A stretch of 64,000 nt of DNA from a virus (IMGVR_UViG_3300043406_000028:12042-76041), one strand, 5' to 3'. Shown: positions 27,930-38,066, numbered from the stretch's first letter. Program-made: numbers and translations. Notes: generated from the letters alone by a model not told the origin.

Positions 27930-28505
27930 ATGCCGACCCGGATTCTTACTCAATACCAGCAAAAAGCTGAGCCACCTGCTCAATCTGTTCAGCCCGGACA
28001 ATCCAACGCGGCCCCGTGGCTTTATCGATGGTCCGAACCAGTCCGCATAAAACCCGGCCTGAACGCGGCCCTTCAGCAATCTTATACGATGGACCCAAGC
28101 TGGATACCGAATCCAGCAAGGCAACTGGAGGGCTGGTATAATTGGTGGTCTGAGCCGGTTCGGCAAAAGCCAGGACTTGGGGCCGCCAATCAAGCTTTCT
28201 TCTTCTATGAAACTGAATTCCCGGAGGATATGGATGTTGATTGGTATCGTCCATTCTCGGAGCCGGTGCGCTTCAAACAAGGGCTCAGACCCGACCTCCA
28301 GCAATTCCTGGCCTATCATCCAAGGATACTGCCTACACCGAACGTGACCGGAGTAATGGCGGCCACGGAAACCAACACCGATGTATTCTTGGGCGCTATA
28401 AACGTATATAGTGGAGGAAGTTCAACGACCTCCGGCGGTCAGGCCAGCGTCTCTGTCGTCGAATCAGGCCCAGGTGGCGATGGGATCAGCATCGTAGAGA
28501 GCTAA
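27930..28505 (+). CDS. hypothetical protein with internal WSEPVR repeats
   Basis: Three (W/F)SEPVRxKxGL repeats. Confidence 0.7.
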   Translation: MPTRILTQYQQKAEPPAQSVQPGQSNAAPWLYRWSEPVRIKPGLNAALQQSYTMDPSWIPNPARQLEGWYNWWSEPVRQKPGLGAANQAFFFYETEFPEDMDVDWYRPFSEPVRFKQGLRPDLQQFLAYHPRILPTPNVTGVMAATETNTDVFLGAINVYSGGSSTTSGGQASVSVVESGPGGDGISIVES

Positions 28506-28822
28506 TGACTGTAGTTTACAACAGCGGTCCGATCAATCTGGAGACAGGAAATACTGCGAACTTTACCTTGCAGTTTCTTAGCTCGTCTGGAGCTTTGACG
28601 GTTCCATCGACCACGAATATGACAATTACCTACACGAATACGTCTAATGCTTCGGCATCTGAGACGATTACTTTGTCAGAAAGCAATAGTTTCTTCACGG
28701 GCACATGGTCATCGACTTCTGCTGCCTTGGGTCTGGCAACATGGCAAGTAACGATGACGGGAAGCACTGAGATTCAGGCGACCGGGCAGATCCGCGTGCT
28801 TCAACGCCAATCGACTCTGTAG
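28505..28822 (+). CDS. Ser/Thr-rich Ig-like small virion protein
   Basis: 105 aa, beta-strand pattern, S/T-rich. Confidence 0.7.
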   Translation: MTVVYNSGPINLETGNTANFTLQFLSSSGALTVPSTTNMTITYTNTSNASASETITLSESNSFFTGTWSSTSAALGLATWQVTMTGSTEIQATGQIRVLQRQSTL

Positions 28823-28831
28823 GAGGCGGCT

Positions 28832-29539
28832 ATTTTCAGCACAGCACAGACCTACTCAGGCAGCTACAATTTTGCTCCCAGCGGGGGCGAAATCATCATG
28901 AATGCCTATCAGAGGATAGCTATCCGCCCGACCGAGTTATTGACCACCCATGTCCAGACCGGGGTGATGGAACTAAACCTTCTGTTGGCTAAAATGTCCA
29001 ACATGCAGCCGAACCTATGGTCAGTGGATTTGCAATCCCTGCCGGTCACACAGGGCACTGCGACTTATTCCCTTCCTGCCGAAACAGTGATGATCACCAA
29101 TGCCTACCTCAGCACCGGGTCAGGCACCTCAAGGATCGACCGATTGATCTGGCCACTGAGCCAGACCGAATACGCCGCGATTGCCAACAAGGCATCGCAG
29201 GGCACTCCGACCACCTTCTGGTTCAACCGAACCATATCGCCGACGATCACGCTCTATCTGACCCCCGATGGCAATGGGCCGTATACGATCAATTATTACC
29301 GCGTCAGACAGATCCAGGATGCCACGCTTCCAAGCGGCGTTAACGTCGAAGTCCCGTATCTATGGCTGGATGCCTTGGTGGCCGGGCTGGCCCACAGGCT
29401 AGCGCGAATCTACCAGCCGCAGCTTGAGCAGATTCGGAAGATGGATGCAGACGAGGCTTGGACCATCGCAGCAAGTCAAAATGTGGAAAATGTCGCACTC
29501 AACATAACCCCAGGTTTGGGTGGATACTTCGTTCGATGA
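28832..29539 (+). CDS. head-to-tail adaptor protein (likely start upstream of ATG 28898, possibly ATT 28832)
   Basis: SGSYNFAPSGGEII N-terminal pattern in frame; LNLLLAKMSN...NLW, GTPTTFWFNR and WLDALVAGLAHRLA motifs. Confidence 0.75.
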   Translation: MFSTAQTYSGSYNFAPSGGEIIMNAYQRIAIRPTELLTTHVQTGVMELNLLLAKMSNMQPNLWSVDLQSLPVTQGTATYSLPAETVMITNAYLSTGSGTSRIDRLIWPLSQTEYAAIANKASQGTPTTFWFNRTISPTITLYLTPDGNGPYTINYYRVRQIQDATLPSGVNVEVPYLWLDALVAGLAHRLARIYQPQLEQIRKMDADEAWTIAASQNVENVALNITPGLGGYFVR

Positions 29540-30360
29540 GACAGCATGGCCGCGCCAATATCAGTCAGATCTACCCAAGGGCGCTGGCCATCTGCGACCG
29601 TTGCGGGTTCATGTACAATCATGACGATCTGACTTGGCAGTACCAGTGGCGTGGCACCAAACTTCAGAATATTCGCTTTCTGGTTTGCGAGACTTGCCTC
29701 GACATTCCTCAGGAGCAATTGCGGACCATCATCATCCCGATGGACCCGGTTCCAATCATGAATGCGAGACCGGAGGATTACATCAACGCCGACAATCCAA
29801 TGTCGGCACTTGGATATAGTGCTATCTCCAATACAGTCACCCCAATATCTCAGACTGTTGGCGGCAGAATCGGCAATCTTCTCGGTGGCGGAGGACTCAA
29901 TGCCGCCTTCGACGGCAATCCATACAAGCCGTCATGGCAGAGCGCATCCAATACGCTGTCGAATTCCAGCTACAGCAACTATGTCGGTATCAACTGGAGC
30001 GGGGCGAATGCCGCAGATCTTGGCGGTAATTCCGATCTACTGCCTCCGGTTATCCGTCATTCCCTGACAAGCTTTACCATCACCGCTCCGAATGACAGAT
30101 CGTTCCTGGGTACGACTCCGACTGATTACCTGATCCAATCGTCTCCGGTCGATACCTCGCTCTATGGAGCCTGGACCACGATATCGAGCGGGACCACGGC
30201 TGGAACGGCTGGAGAAACCATCACCGGCACCTGCACCGGGGGCAGCGAGCAATTCCATCGCGTAGCGATTCTCGGCGATGGATTGAATTACGTGTCTATC
30301 GCTCAGGTTCAATTCAATGTCGCCCAGACCGGCGAGATAGCGACTGGAGGATCGCCGTGA
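29536..30360 (+). CDS. Zn-finger tail-module protein
   Basis: AICDRCGF...VCETCLDIPQEQL...DPVPIMNARP. Confidence 0.75.
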   Translation: MRQHGRANISQIYPRALAICDRCGFMYNHDDLTWQYQWRGTKLQNIRFLVCETCLDIPQEQLRTIIIPMDPVPIMNARPEDYINADNPMSALGYSAISNTVTPISQTVGGRIGNLLGGGGLNAAFDGNPYKPSWQSASNTLSNSSYSNYVGINWSGANAADLGGNSDLLPPVIRHSLTSFTITAPNDRSFLGTTPTDYLIQSSPVDTSLYGAWTTISSGTTAGTAGETITGTCTGGSEQFHRVAILGDGLNYVSIAQVQFNVAQTGEIATGGSP

Positions 30361-31067
30361 GCTTGAATTACGCCACTTATGTCGCACAGGTATCGAATCT
30401 TCTGGTTATCGGCTCCACGGATGCCAATTTCCAGACGATGCTTCCTGGCATGATCGACTATGCGGAGCAGAGAATCTACCGTGAGCTTGATCCTCTTTAT
30501 TCCCAGGTAACGGATGCAACAGCGTCAGTCTCATCCGGCAATAGAGATTTTACCCCGCCTACAGGAATTGGCACTTTCATCACTATCGATAGCTTCAACA
30601 TCATCACGCCGGTCGGCACGACTTCATCTAATGGAACGAGAGTCCCGCTGACTCCGGTTTCTCCTGAAGTCATGGATGCCTTCTGGCCCTCAGGTCAGAC
30701 CGCCACAAGCGTTCCGTCGATGTATGCGATGCGATCACCAACGACCGTTCTTCTTGGCCCAGCCCCGGACGCCGCCTATGCAACGGAGGTGATTGGCATC
30801 CAGCGTCCAGCCGCCTTGAGCAGCGCCAACTCCAGCACCTTCCTGACGCAGTATTGCCCAGATCTACTGATCGCCGCCTCGATGGTCTTCGGCTTTGGCT
30901 ACATGCGCGATTTCGGCGGGATGACCGACAATCCGCAGGCCGGAGCTTCGTGGGAGTCGCAATACAAGACTCTATTCCAGTCGGCTGGAATGGAGCAGGC
31001 TCGCGCCAAATGGGAGAGTGATGGGTGGACATCCCAAGCCCCGGCACCGGCTGGGAAGAGGAACTGA
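30357..31067 (+). CDS. tail adaptor/tubular protein A-like
   Basis: IDYAEQRIYREL, LGPAPD, TFLTQYCPDLL motifs. Confidence 0.75.
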   Translation: MSLNYATYVAQVSNLLVIGSTDANFQTMLPGMIDYAEQRIYRELDPLYSQVTDATASVSSGNRDFTPPTGIGTFITIDSFNIITPVGTTSSNGTRVPLTPVSPEVMDAFWPSGQTATSVPSMYAMRSPTTVLLGPAPDAAYATEVIGIQRPAALSSANSSTFLTQYCPDLLIAASMVFGFGYMRDFGGMTDNPQAGASWESQYKTLFQSAGMEQARAKWESDGWTSQAPAPAGKRN

Positions 31068-31070
31068 TCC

Positions 31071-33089
31071 ATGCCAATGGCGGCCATGCTGCTGCGGCCT
31101 ACGGTCGATCTCGAAAAGACTCCTTCGCTCAACGAGGCTGGGATTTCCCAGTCTCAGTTGATCCGATTCAAGGGGGATCTTGTCGAGACCTATGGCGGCT
31201 GGACGCAGTATCTGGCGACCTTGATCCCATCGACCGTAAAAGACCTGCACGCTTGGCAGGATGTCGCCGGTAGCCAACATCTTGGGATTGCCGCAACGCA
31301 GAATCTGATGGTGGCAACAAGCGGGTTGGTAACTGATCTAACGCCACAGATCCTGACAACGAATCCATCCGTCAGTCTTTCCATCTCAAGCGGAAGCTAC
31401 GCGGTTAGTGTCTTTGATCCAAATAGCGGTCCAACCGTCTACAATTCGGTATACTTCAATACGCCGGTATCTATAGGCAATCTATTCCTCAATGGCGCTT
31501 ATCAGATCGCGTCGGTCCTTAGCACCGGCTCATACACGATCACATCCAGCGTAATTGCGGCCACAACCATCGTTACCAGCGGTGTGTTGCCGACATTCTC
31601 GGTTTCTTCCGGATCTCCGACCGTTACGGTATCTATTCCAAACAATGGATTTACCGCTACCCCAGGCATCCAGCAGCAATTCATTGCCCCTACAACGATA
31701 GGGAATCTAACGATTTCTGGGCCATACAACATCAATTCTGTCCTCGACTCGACAAACTTTACAATCGTTGCAAATACGCAGGCCAGCACTACCCTGGTTT
31801 CCACCATGAACGGTGGGTTAGCTCAATACGAATACTTCATCACAATTGGCCCTGCGGCTACTGGAACTGGTTTCGGTGCTGGTGGATTTGGATCTGGTGG
31901 GTTTGGTGGTGGAGGTGGTGGGTTTGCTGGAGCCACTGGGACACCGATTACCGCTACGGACTGGAGCCAGGATAACTGGGGTGAGATACTCCTGGCGTGC
32001 CCAACTGATGGGCCGATCTATACTTGGTCTCCGCAGAGCGGCTTCTCGACTGCCCAAGTCGTTGCAACTGCACCGTTCTTCAACGGCGGCATCTTTATCT
32101 CTCAGCCGCAGCAGATCCTGGTGGCGTGGCGCTCCACTCAGTCTTCAGGGGTACAAGATAATCTGAGGGTCCGCTGGTCCAATGCCCTCGATTATACGAA
32201 CTGGACCATCTCCAATGCAACGACAGCGGGTTCCTTTCACATCCCGACCGGCTCCCTCATCATGGGAGGGCTCCAGGCCCCGAATTACGGAGTTATCTGG
32301 ACCGATATAGATGCCTGGGTCATGCAGTATGTTGGCGGTACCGTTGTATTCAACTTCACCAGGGTTGGTAGCGGATGCGGCCTGATCGGTCAGCACGCGG
32401 CTGGTGTTATTTCAGGAAGTGTTTATTGGTGCGGCACCAATAACTTCTTCACAATGGGCCAGAGCGGGGTTCAGGTCATCCCGTGTAGCGTCTGGGATTA
32501 TATCTTCCAGAATCTGAACACCGCTCAGGTTGCCAAGATCAGATGTGCCACCAATACGGCATTTAACGAGGTTAGCTGGTTCTTTCCTTCGTCGGGATCC
32601 ACCGAGAACGATTCCTACGTCAAACTGAACATCAATACCGGCTCGTGGGATTATGGGAGAATGCCAAGGACCGCCTGGGTGGATGTGTCGATCCTGGGAA
32701 ATCCAATCGGGGCCGATACTTCTGGTACTATCTTCCAGCATGAAATGGGAACCGTTCAGTCCGGAGTAAGCTCGACCTCATTCCAGACCGGCTGGTTCTC
32801 CATTACCGAGGGCAACGACTTGGCGGTTGTCGATTATGTTCTTCCTGACTTCATCTGGGGTCTGTTCGATGGGGCCAAGGATGCATCGGTCAATGTGACG
32901 TTCTATAGTGCGGATTACCCCGGAGATACCCCGCGCCAGTATGGCCCCTATACAGTGACAAGCGCCACGGAATACATCACCCCAAGACTTCGTGGCCGCC
33001 TTATGTCAATATCGATTCAAAGCAATAGCCAGTCGTTCTGGAGACTCGGTAGGGTCCGCTACAGATACGCACTGGCTGGGAGACGTTGA
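31071..33089 (+). CDS. tail tubular protein B / DNA stabilization (P22 gp10-like) protein
   Basis: WSQDNWGEILLA, VRWS, VYWCG, WDYIF, VSWFFPS, RLRGR..., WRLG motifs. Confidence 0.8.
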   Translation: MPMAAMLLRPTVDLEKTPSLNEAGISQSQLIRFKGDLVETYGGWTQYLATLIPSTVKDLHAWQDVAGSQHLGIAATQNLMVATSGLVTDLTPQILTTNPSVSLSISSGSYAVSVFDPNSGPTVYNSVYFNTPVSIGNLFLNGAYQIASVLSTGSYTITSSVIAATTIVTSGVLPTFSVSSGSPTVTVSIPNNGFTATPGIQQQFIAPTTIGNLTISGPYNINSVLDSTNFTIVANTQASTTLVSTMNGGLAQYEYFITIGPAATGTGFGAGGFGSGGFGGGGGGFAGATGTPITATDWSQDNWGEILLACPTDGPIYTWSPQSGFSTAQVVATAPFFNGGIFISQPQQILVAWRSTQSSGVQDNLRVRWSNALDYTNWTISNATTAGSFHIPTGSLIMGGLQAPNYGVIWTDIDAWVMQYVGGTVVFNFTRVGSGCGLIGQHAAGVISGSVYWCGTNNFFTMGQSGVQVIPCSVWDYIFQNLNTAQVAKIRCATNTAFNEVSWFFPSSGSTENDSYVKLNINTGSWDYGRMPRTAWVDVSILGNPIGADTSGTIFQHEMGTVQSGVSSTSFQTGWFSITEGNDLAVVDYVLPDFIWGLFDGAKDASVNVTFYSADYPGDTPRQYGPYTVTSATEYITPRLRGRLMSISIQSNSQSFWRLGRVRYRYALAGRR

Positions 33090-33313
33090 TGGCTTGGGGC
33101 GGGGATATTCTTTCTGCTCTCCAGAACGGAGTTATTGCCGTTCAGGAACTGAACACGAGACTTCAGAATACCTTTCTACAACAAGGTACTGTAGTATCTT
33201 CGGCGATAACCACGGCGAACTCCACGATTACCTTTACTTCATCGCAGGCCGCTGGGTTTATCGCGGTCACGACCAGTTCCGGGGCGGCTGGCTACATCGC
33301 TTGGTACAGATAG
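33089..33313 (+). CDS. small tail protein
   Basis: DILSALQNGVIAVQEL...AGYIAWY pattern. Confidence 0.7.
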   Translation: MAWGGDILSALQNGVIAVQELNTRLQNTFLQQGTVVSSAITTANSTITFTSSQAAGFIAVTTSSGAAGYIAWYR

Positions 33314-33322
33314 GGCTGAATC

Positions 33323-34261
33323 ATGGTCGCTTATACAACCGCCAAGGGACTCTATCAGGTCGCCAACAGCAGCTATGTCGGCACCTGGGATGTGCCCGAG
33401 AACTCCAACTGGGGCGTCGTCGATGCGGCCCTGGGTCAGATAACGACCATTCAGCTTAACAATACTCCCGTAACGCTGACGGCGGCGCAGGTCCAAAGCT
33501 GCCAACTTGTGTTTTCTTCTTCTGCCGCCCCAGGCGGGAATCTGGCTGGCAATGTAGCGATTACATTCGCAACGGTTAGCCCATCATCGTCAGTTTTGAC
33601 TGGCCCCTATATCATTCAGAATCTTTGCGGAAATTCCAGCCTGTATGTTGTTACTCTGCAAACAACGGTGGCCGGTGGGCAGGCTATTGCCTGCAAGCCC
33701 GGCGAGGCGTTTGATGTCGTCAATGACGGCACCAATTTCAAGTTCAAAAACATGGGCCATATTGGCTCCTATTGGGATTATGCGGGATCATCGGTGCCAA
33801 ATTGGGTCACGGCATGCACCGTACCCCCGTACCTGAACTGTGACGGCACCTCGTTTTCTTCGGCTACTTATCCAACACTTGCCGCAATTCTAGGAACAAC
33901 CCTGCCAGATTCAAAGGGAAGAACTCGTTTTACCCTTAACCAAGGCTCAACCCGCATCACCTCTTCAGCCACTTATGGTATCGACGGGAATACCATCCTG
34001 GCTGGCGGCGGCAGCCAAACCCTTGCTCAAGCTCAATTGCCGAATGTCACACTCAGTTCGACTGGACTTTCCGTGCCGTCTCTTAGTGGGGCCGTGGCTG
34101 GGACAATATTCTCATTTCTTGCTCTTGGTGGACAAGCTGGCCCCATCGGAAATGCTGTTCTTAGCTCCGCTATTGCTGGTTCGGTCCCATTGGGCGGCTC
34201 CGGTTATAATCTCCTGCCTCCCGGCTACGTTTCCGGAATAACGATGATAAGAGCCGCATAG
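33323..34261 (+). CDS. tail fibre protein with tail-collar domain
   Basis: YLNCDGTSFSSATYPTLAAILG...LPDSKGR. Confidence 0.8.
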   Translation: MVAYTTAKGLYQVANSSYVGTWDVPENSNWGVVDAALGQITTIQLNNTPVTLTAAQVQSCQLVFSSSAAPGGNLAGNVAITFATVSPSSSVLTGPYIIQNLCGNSSLYVVTLQTTVAGGQAIACKPGEAFDVVNDGTNFKFKNMGHIGSYWDYAGSSVPNWVTACTVPPYLNCDGTSFSSATYPTLAAILGTTLPDSKGRTRFTLNQGSTRITSSATYGIDGNTILAGGGSQTLAQAQLPNVTLSSTGLSVPSLSGAVAGTIFSFLALGGQAGPIGNAVLSSAIAGSVPLGGSGYNLLPPGYVSGITMIRAA

Positions 34262-34432
34262 ATGCGGATGATAGGTACAAAGCCATTGACTAGAGCCGAG
34301 ATACAATCTCGGCGTGTGGTTCGTGGTATTCTTTGTACTCACTGCAATAGAATGTTGGCTGGGGCCGTAGATAATCCAGAGAACTTATCTCGTGGAGTAA
34401 CTTATCTTCTAAGGTCTAGAAATGCCGTATAA
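34262..34432 (+). pseudogene. remnant of endonuclease VII-type homing endonuclease
   Basis: VRGILCTHCNRMLAGAVDNPENLSRGVTYL matches the EndoVII C-terminal half; the DHxH and first CxxC are missing; lower GC than neighbours. Confidence 0.6.
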
Positions 34433-37400
34433 GAGCGCCGCCCAAAGGGGGTACTTTCACGCCAATCGAGCCAAACTCGAAGCGCAGGGCGTCAATGTAT
34501 CTGAGTGGGACCGATCCTCGAAGGGAAAGAAACTGCCCTATCACGCCAGCCGTGGCGGCTCGATCCAATCAGCGCTGAGAACGGCCCGTAAGTATGCCGA
34601 TGGCGGCGAGGTTAATGAATGGGAAGATCTTCCAAAGTCACCAGAGGATCGCCCGCAGATCACGGTTACCCCTCCGCAAGCTCCGGGTGATTTGGTCTCT
34701 AAGTATACCAGCAAGGCGCGTGATTGGTTCAACCAGCCATCGCAGTCGAATCCCCTCCGTGGATACGAGCCTTCACCGCAGCCTGATTTTATTCCAGTCC
34801 CAGGAGCCGAGATTGGTGACGCTGTGCGTCATGCTGGCTCTGGTATTGTTCAGGGATATAAGGATCTTATTGATCCACTCGAAAAGAACGATGAGGGTGA
34901 ATACAACTACATCGCCAATGAGAAGAAATATCCCAAGGATTATGTAGGTAAAGTTGCTCCAGTTTTCAAAGACCCTATTTCTTTTGGGGCTCCAATTATA
35001 GGTGAAACAATTGGGACCTTCGGTGGCGTGCCGGGCCAAGGAGCCCTGTGGGGAGGCTTGAAGGCGGCTGGCTACGGGATCAACCACGCGGCTATTGCCT
35101 TTGGTCTAAAGGCATCCCAGGCCGCTAAAAGCGTCCCTAAAGCTGCCAATATGGCGGCCAAAGTCGCCGCTGAGCAAGGCTTTCTCGATACCTCTAAATT
35201 CAAACAGGTTGGCCACCAACTTGGTTTTATGCCTGGAGGTGTCTACAAGGACCCGACAGGTGTTCCGTATTACCTGAAGTTCGGCACCGACCTTGAGCAA
35301 GTCAAGAACGAGAACCTTGCGTCCAAGCTATATCAATTGGCCGGAACCCCGGCGGCAGATACCAGTGTAACGCACATTGGCGGCAAACCAGGAATCGCCA
35401 GCAAGCTATTGCAAAACTCTCATCAGCTTTCCGAGACCAAGGTTCCGTACAGTCAGATCCCAGGATTACACGATAACTTCGTGGTGGATGCTTGGCTGGC
35501 CAATCATGACGCGGTTGGAACCGGGGGAGAGAACCCGCTCGGTAACATCATGATCCAGGACGGCAAGGCCGTCCGCATCGACGGTGGCGGGGCTCTGCGC
35601 TACAAGGGATCGGGAGAAATCAAGGGCCATTTCCATGATGAGGCCGACGAAATCTTCAGCATGCGGAACCCTGAGTTCAGCAAGCGCTCGGCTCAGGTCT
35701 TCGGAGATATTTCTCCTGAAGCTCTGAAAGAGGGCGCTCAGAAGGTTGCCGATGTCGATATCAGGAAGCTAACCGATCTTATCGCCCGCTATGGTCCCGG
35801 AGACGACGCCGAGAAGGCCGCGCTCGTAACCAAACTGGTGAAGCGCCGCCAGTACATCATGGATCATTTCGGAGTTCAGCCACAGAATGCAGCGAAGCCG
35901 GTTCCGGCACCGCATGAGTTGCCGCCAAACCCAACCAATATGCCTCGGGAGAAATATGAGCAGATTCCGTTTACGGAGGAAGACTACGAGAAATTCGGTA
36001 AGGAGATCCCGCCGCACCAGCCGGAAGATATCATCAATCACGGGAGACCGCCCCAGCCAACTCAAAAGGAGCTTCCTCCCAACCTAACGCGACCTGACGT
36101 TGATCATAACATCGATCAGCTTAAGGAAGCCTCGATCCTAAGCCCCAGTGAAATCGATAAGCTTCTCCAGCAGAAGAAGCTTGGAAAGACTGAGCTTGAG
36201 AACATTGCCAAGAAACTGGTCGCGGGGACCTTCAGTCATGATCACTGGAAGGGCGCGGTGTCGCTTTGGAAGATTGCTGAGAACGTGAATCCGCAAACCG
36301 CCGAGGCACTATTCCGTAATCTACCCCCATCGGTCCAGCCTAGTGTTGGCTACGCTATTAAGGCAATGGCGGATAAGATCGGTCATTCCCCGTGGGATAC
36401 GGTTGAGAAGGGTAGCGGCTTTCTCTACGCCGGAAAATATCCGACCGAGTATGATTACTTCTCCACGCAGACCAACAAATTTCCAGTCCCAGAAGGTTTG
36501 AAGAAGGACAAGTCTTTTCTTGATAACGTCAAGAAAGGTCTTGAGGCAATCGCTCCTAATGAGCCCAAGCTACCGCAGCAGGTGGTGGATACACCGCAGC
36601 CGAAGAAGCCGTCGCTCATTATTCCTCCCAAGGAGCTTGTTCAGTCGCTGAGTCACTTCAAATACACCCCCGGCACTACGGCCACGAAGCTTGTGAATGC
36701 TTATGGCGAGGATGTGTCAAAGATCGCAAATTCGATGTATCGCCTTACGGGTACGAAGGGCACGGAATTTGTAGACGAGATCTACAAGAAGCTACCGTTC
36801 GAACTTCAGGTCGGAGTCAACGGAGACCTGTCGGAGCTTTATACCAAATTTGGTGACCCGGAGGCTAAGGCTTTCAAGGGTGCGATTCCGAGCCCAGAAG
36901 GCAAGAAGATTCTCAATGCTTTTGAGCAAATTCCGAACTGGCAGAGCTATATCCCAAAGCTAGGAAAGTTTGAAACTCCAAAGTTTCCTGATGAGGCGAC
37001 AAAAAAGCTGGCAGAAAATACCGGCCACAACATCAATGTGCTGTTCTGGAAGGGCAATTACAAAGCAGAGAAGTATCCAGAACAGATCAAGGATTTTGCA
37101 ACGAAGTCAAAGGAAAGAGCAAATTACCTAACTCATGAAAAGGCTATTGCAGCGTCCGGCAACTATGGTGGCAACAAAGCTCCCTACGTTGCTAGAGCGC
37201 CTAAGGCGCTTAGGGTCGATTACTCTGATCTGGTCCAGGACGCCACCTACAACAGCCATGACATGCACAATATTATTGAGGCAGCCCGCAAGGAAAAGGC
37301 TGATGTTCTGGTCATCGATAACATCAAGGATTATGGCTATTCGACTGGAGACGGCTTTAATCACACGCAGACCCAGTACGCCTTCATCAATCAGAATGTA

Positions 37401-38063
37401 TTGAGAGCGCCAAAGGCCAAGTTCGATCCAAATATGCTACATTTAGCGAAGCCATTATTGGGTCTGGCTGGTGGAGGATTGTTCGTCTATGGCACCGTTG
37501 CTGGACAAGAGGACAAGATGAATCGCGGTGGAATCCCAGCCCTGATGCATCGGGCTAAGACACTAGCGCGCGGCGGTGCCGCCAATCATCCACGACACCC
37601 GGCAGGCATGATCAAATCATCGATCCCAGGCAGAACCGACAAGATTCCGATGAATTTGCCATCTGGATCATTCGTGATCCCGGCTGATATCCCCTCCGCC
37701 TTGGGGCAGGGCAACACAATGGCAGGGGAGAAAATCCTGGGAGCTATGTTTAAGTCTGGCCCCTATAGCCCAGGATCAACTCAATCGCTGACCGGAAAAC
37801 TACCGAAAGCCAAGGGCTTTAGGACCGGAGTGGATAATTTGCTCGGGGCGCGGAAGCGGTTTGCTGATGGTGGAGAGGTTCCTGATGACGGTGGCGTTGA
37901 TATAATCGCGGCTGGCGGAGAGAGCATTCTCTATCCCGACCAAGTAAGGGCGGTGGGCCACGGTGATCTGGACGCGGGGCACAAAGTTCTCAAACAGTTT
38001 GTCCTCCATGTGCGAAAACAGAACATTGAAACGCTCAAGAAATTAAAAGGTCCAAAGGACTGA
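34422..38063 (+). CDS. polyvalent ejection protein with kinase-like and ART-like domains
   Basis: GGVY...YYLK...ENLASKLY...DAWLANHD...N...RIDGGG (kinase-like); YLT...NYG...DVLVIDNI...AKFDP (ART-PolyVal-like); AxGG motifs at both ends. Confidence 0.7.
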   Translation: MPYKSAAQRGYFHANRAKLEAQGVNVSEWDRSSKGKKLPYHASRGGSIQSALRTARKYADGGEVNEWEDLPKSPEDRPQITVTPPQAPGDLVSKYTSKARDWFNQPSQSNPLRGYEPSPQPDFIPVPGAEIGDAVRHAGSGIVQGYKDLIDPLEKNDEGEYNYIANEKKYPKDYVGKVAPVFKDPISFGAPIIGETIGTFGGVPGQGALWGGLKAAGYGINHAAIAFGLKASQAAKSVPKAANMAAKVAAEQGFLDTSKFKQVGHQLGFMPGGVYKDPTGVPYYLKFGTDLEQVKNENLASKLYQLAGTPAADTSVTHIGGKPGIASKLLQNSHQLSETKVPYSQIPGLHDNFVVDAWLANHDAVGTGGENPLGNIMIQDGKAVRIDGGGALRYKGSGEIKGHFHDEADEIFSMRNPEFSKRSAQVFGDISPEALKEGAQKVADVDIRKLTDLIARYGPGDDAEKAALVTKLVKRRQYIMDHFGVQPQNAAKPVPAPHELPPNPTNMPREKYEQIPFTEEDYEKFGKEIPPHQPEDIINHGRPPQPTQKELPPNLTRPDVDHNIDQLKEASILSPSEIDKLLQQKKLGKTELENIAKKLVAGTFSHDHWKGAVSLWKIAENVNPQTAEALFRNLPPSVQPSVGYAIKAMADKIGHSPWDTVEKGSGFLYAGKYPTEYDYFSTQTNKFPVPEGLKKDKSFLDNVKKGLEAIAPNEPKLPQQVVDTPQPKKPSLIIPPKELVQSLSHFKYTPGTTATKLVNAYGEDVSKIANSMYRLTGTKGTEFVDEIYKKLPFELQVGVNGDLSELYTKFGDPEAKAFKGAIPSPEGKKILNAFEQIPNWQSYIPKLGKFETPKFPDEATKKLAENTGHNINVLFWKGNYKAEKYPEQIKDFATKSKERANYLTHEKAIAASGNYGGNKAPYVARAPKALRVDYSDLVQDATYNSHDMHNIIEAARKEKADVLVIDNIKDYGYSTGDGFNHTQTQYAFINQNVLRAPKAKFDPNMLHLAKPLLGLAGGGLFVYGTVAGQEDKMNRGGIPALMHRAKTLARGGAANHPRHPAGMIKSSIPGRTDKIPMNLPSGSFVIPADIPSALGQGNTMAGEKILGAMFKSGPYSPGSTQSLTGKLPKAKGFRTGVDNLLGARKRFADGGEVPDDGGVDIIAAGGESILYPDQVRAVGHGDLDAGHKVLKQFVLHVRKQNIETLKKLKGPKD

Positions 38064-38066
38064 ATA

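Noticed and set aside
22378-34261. Diversity-generating retroelement or invertible tail-fibre cassette
   Set aside because: No reverse transcriptase, invertase or template/variable repeat pair was seen.
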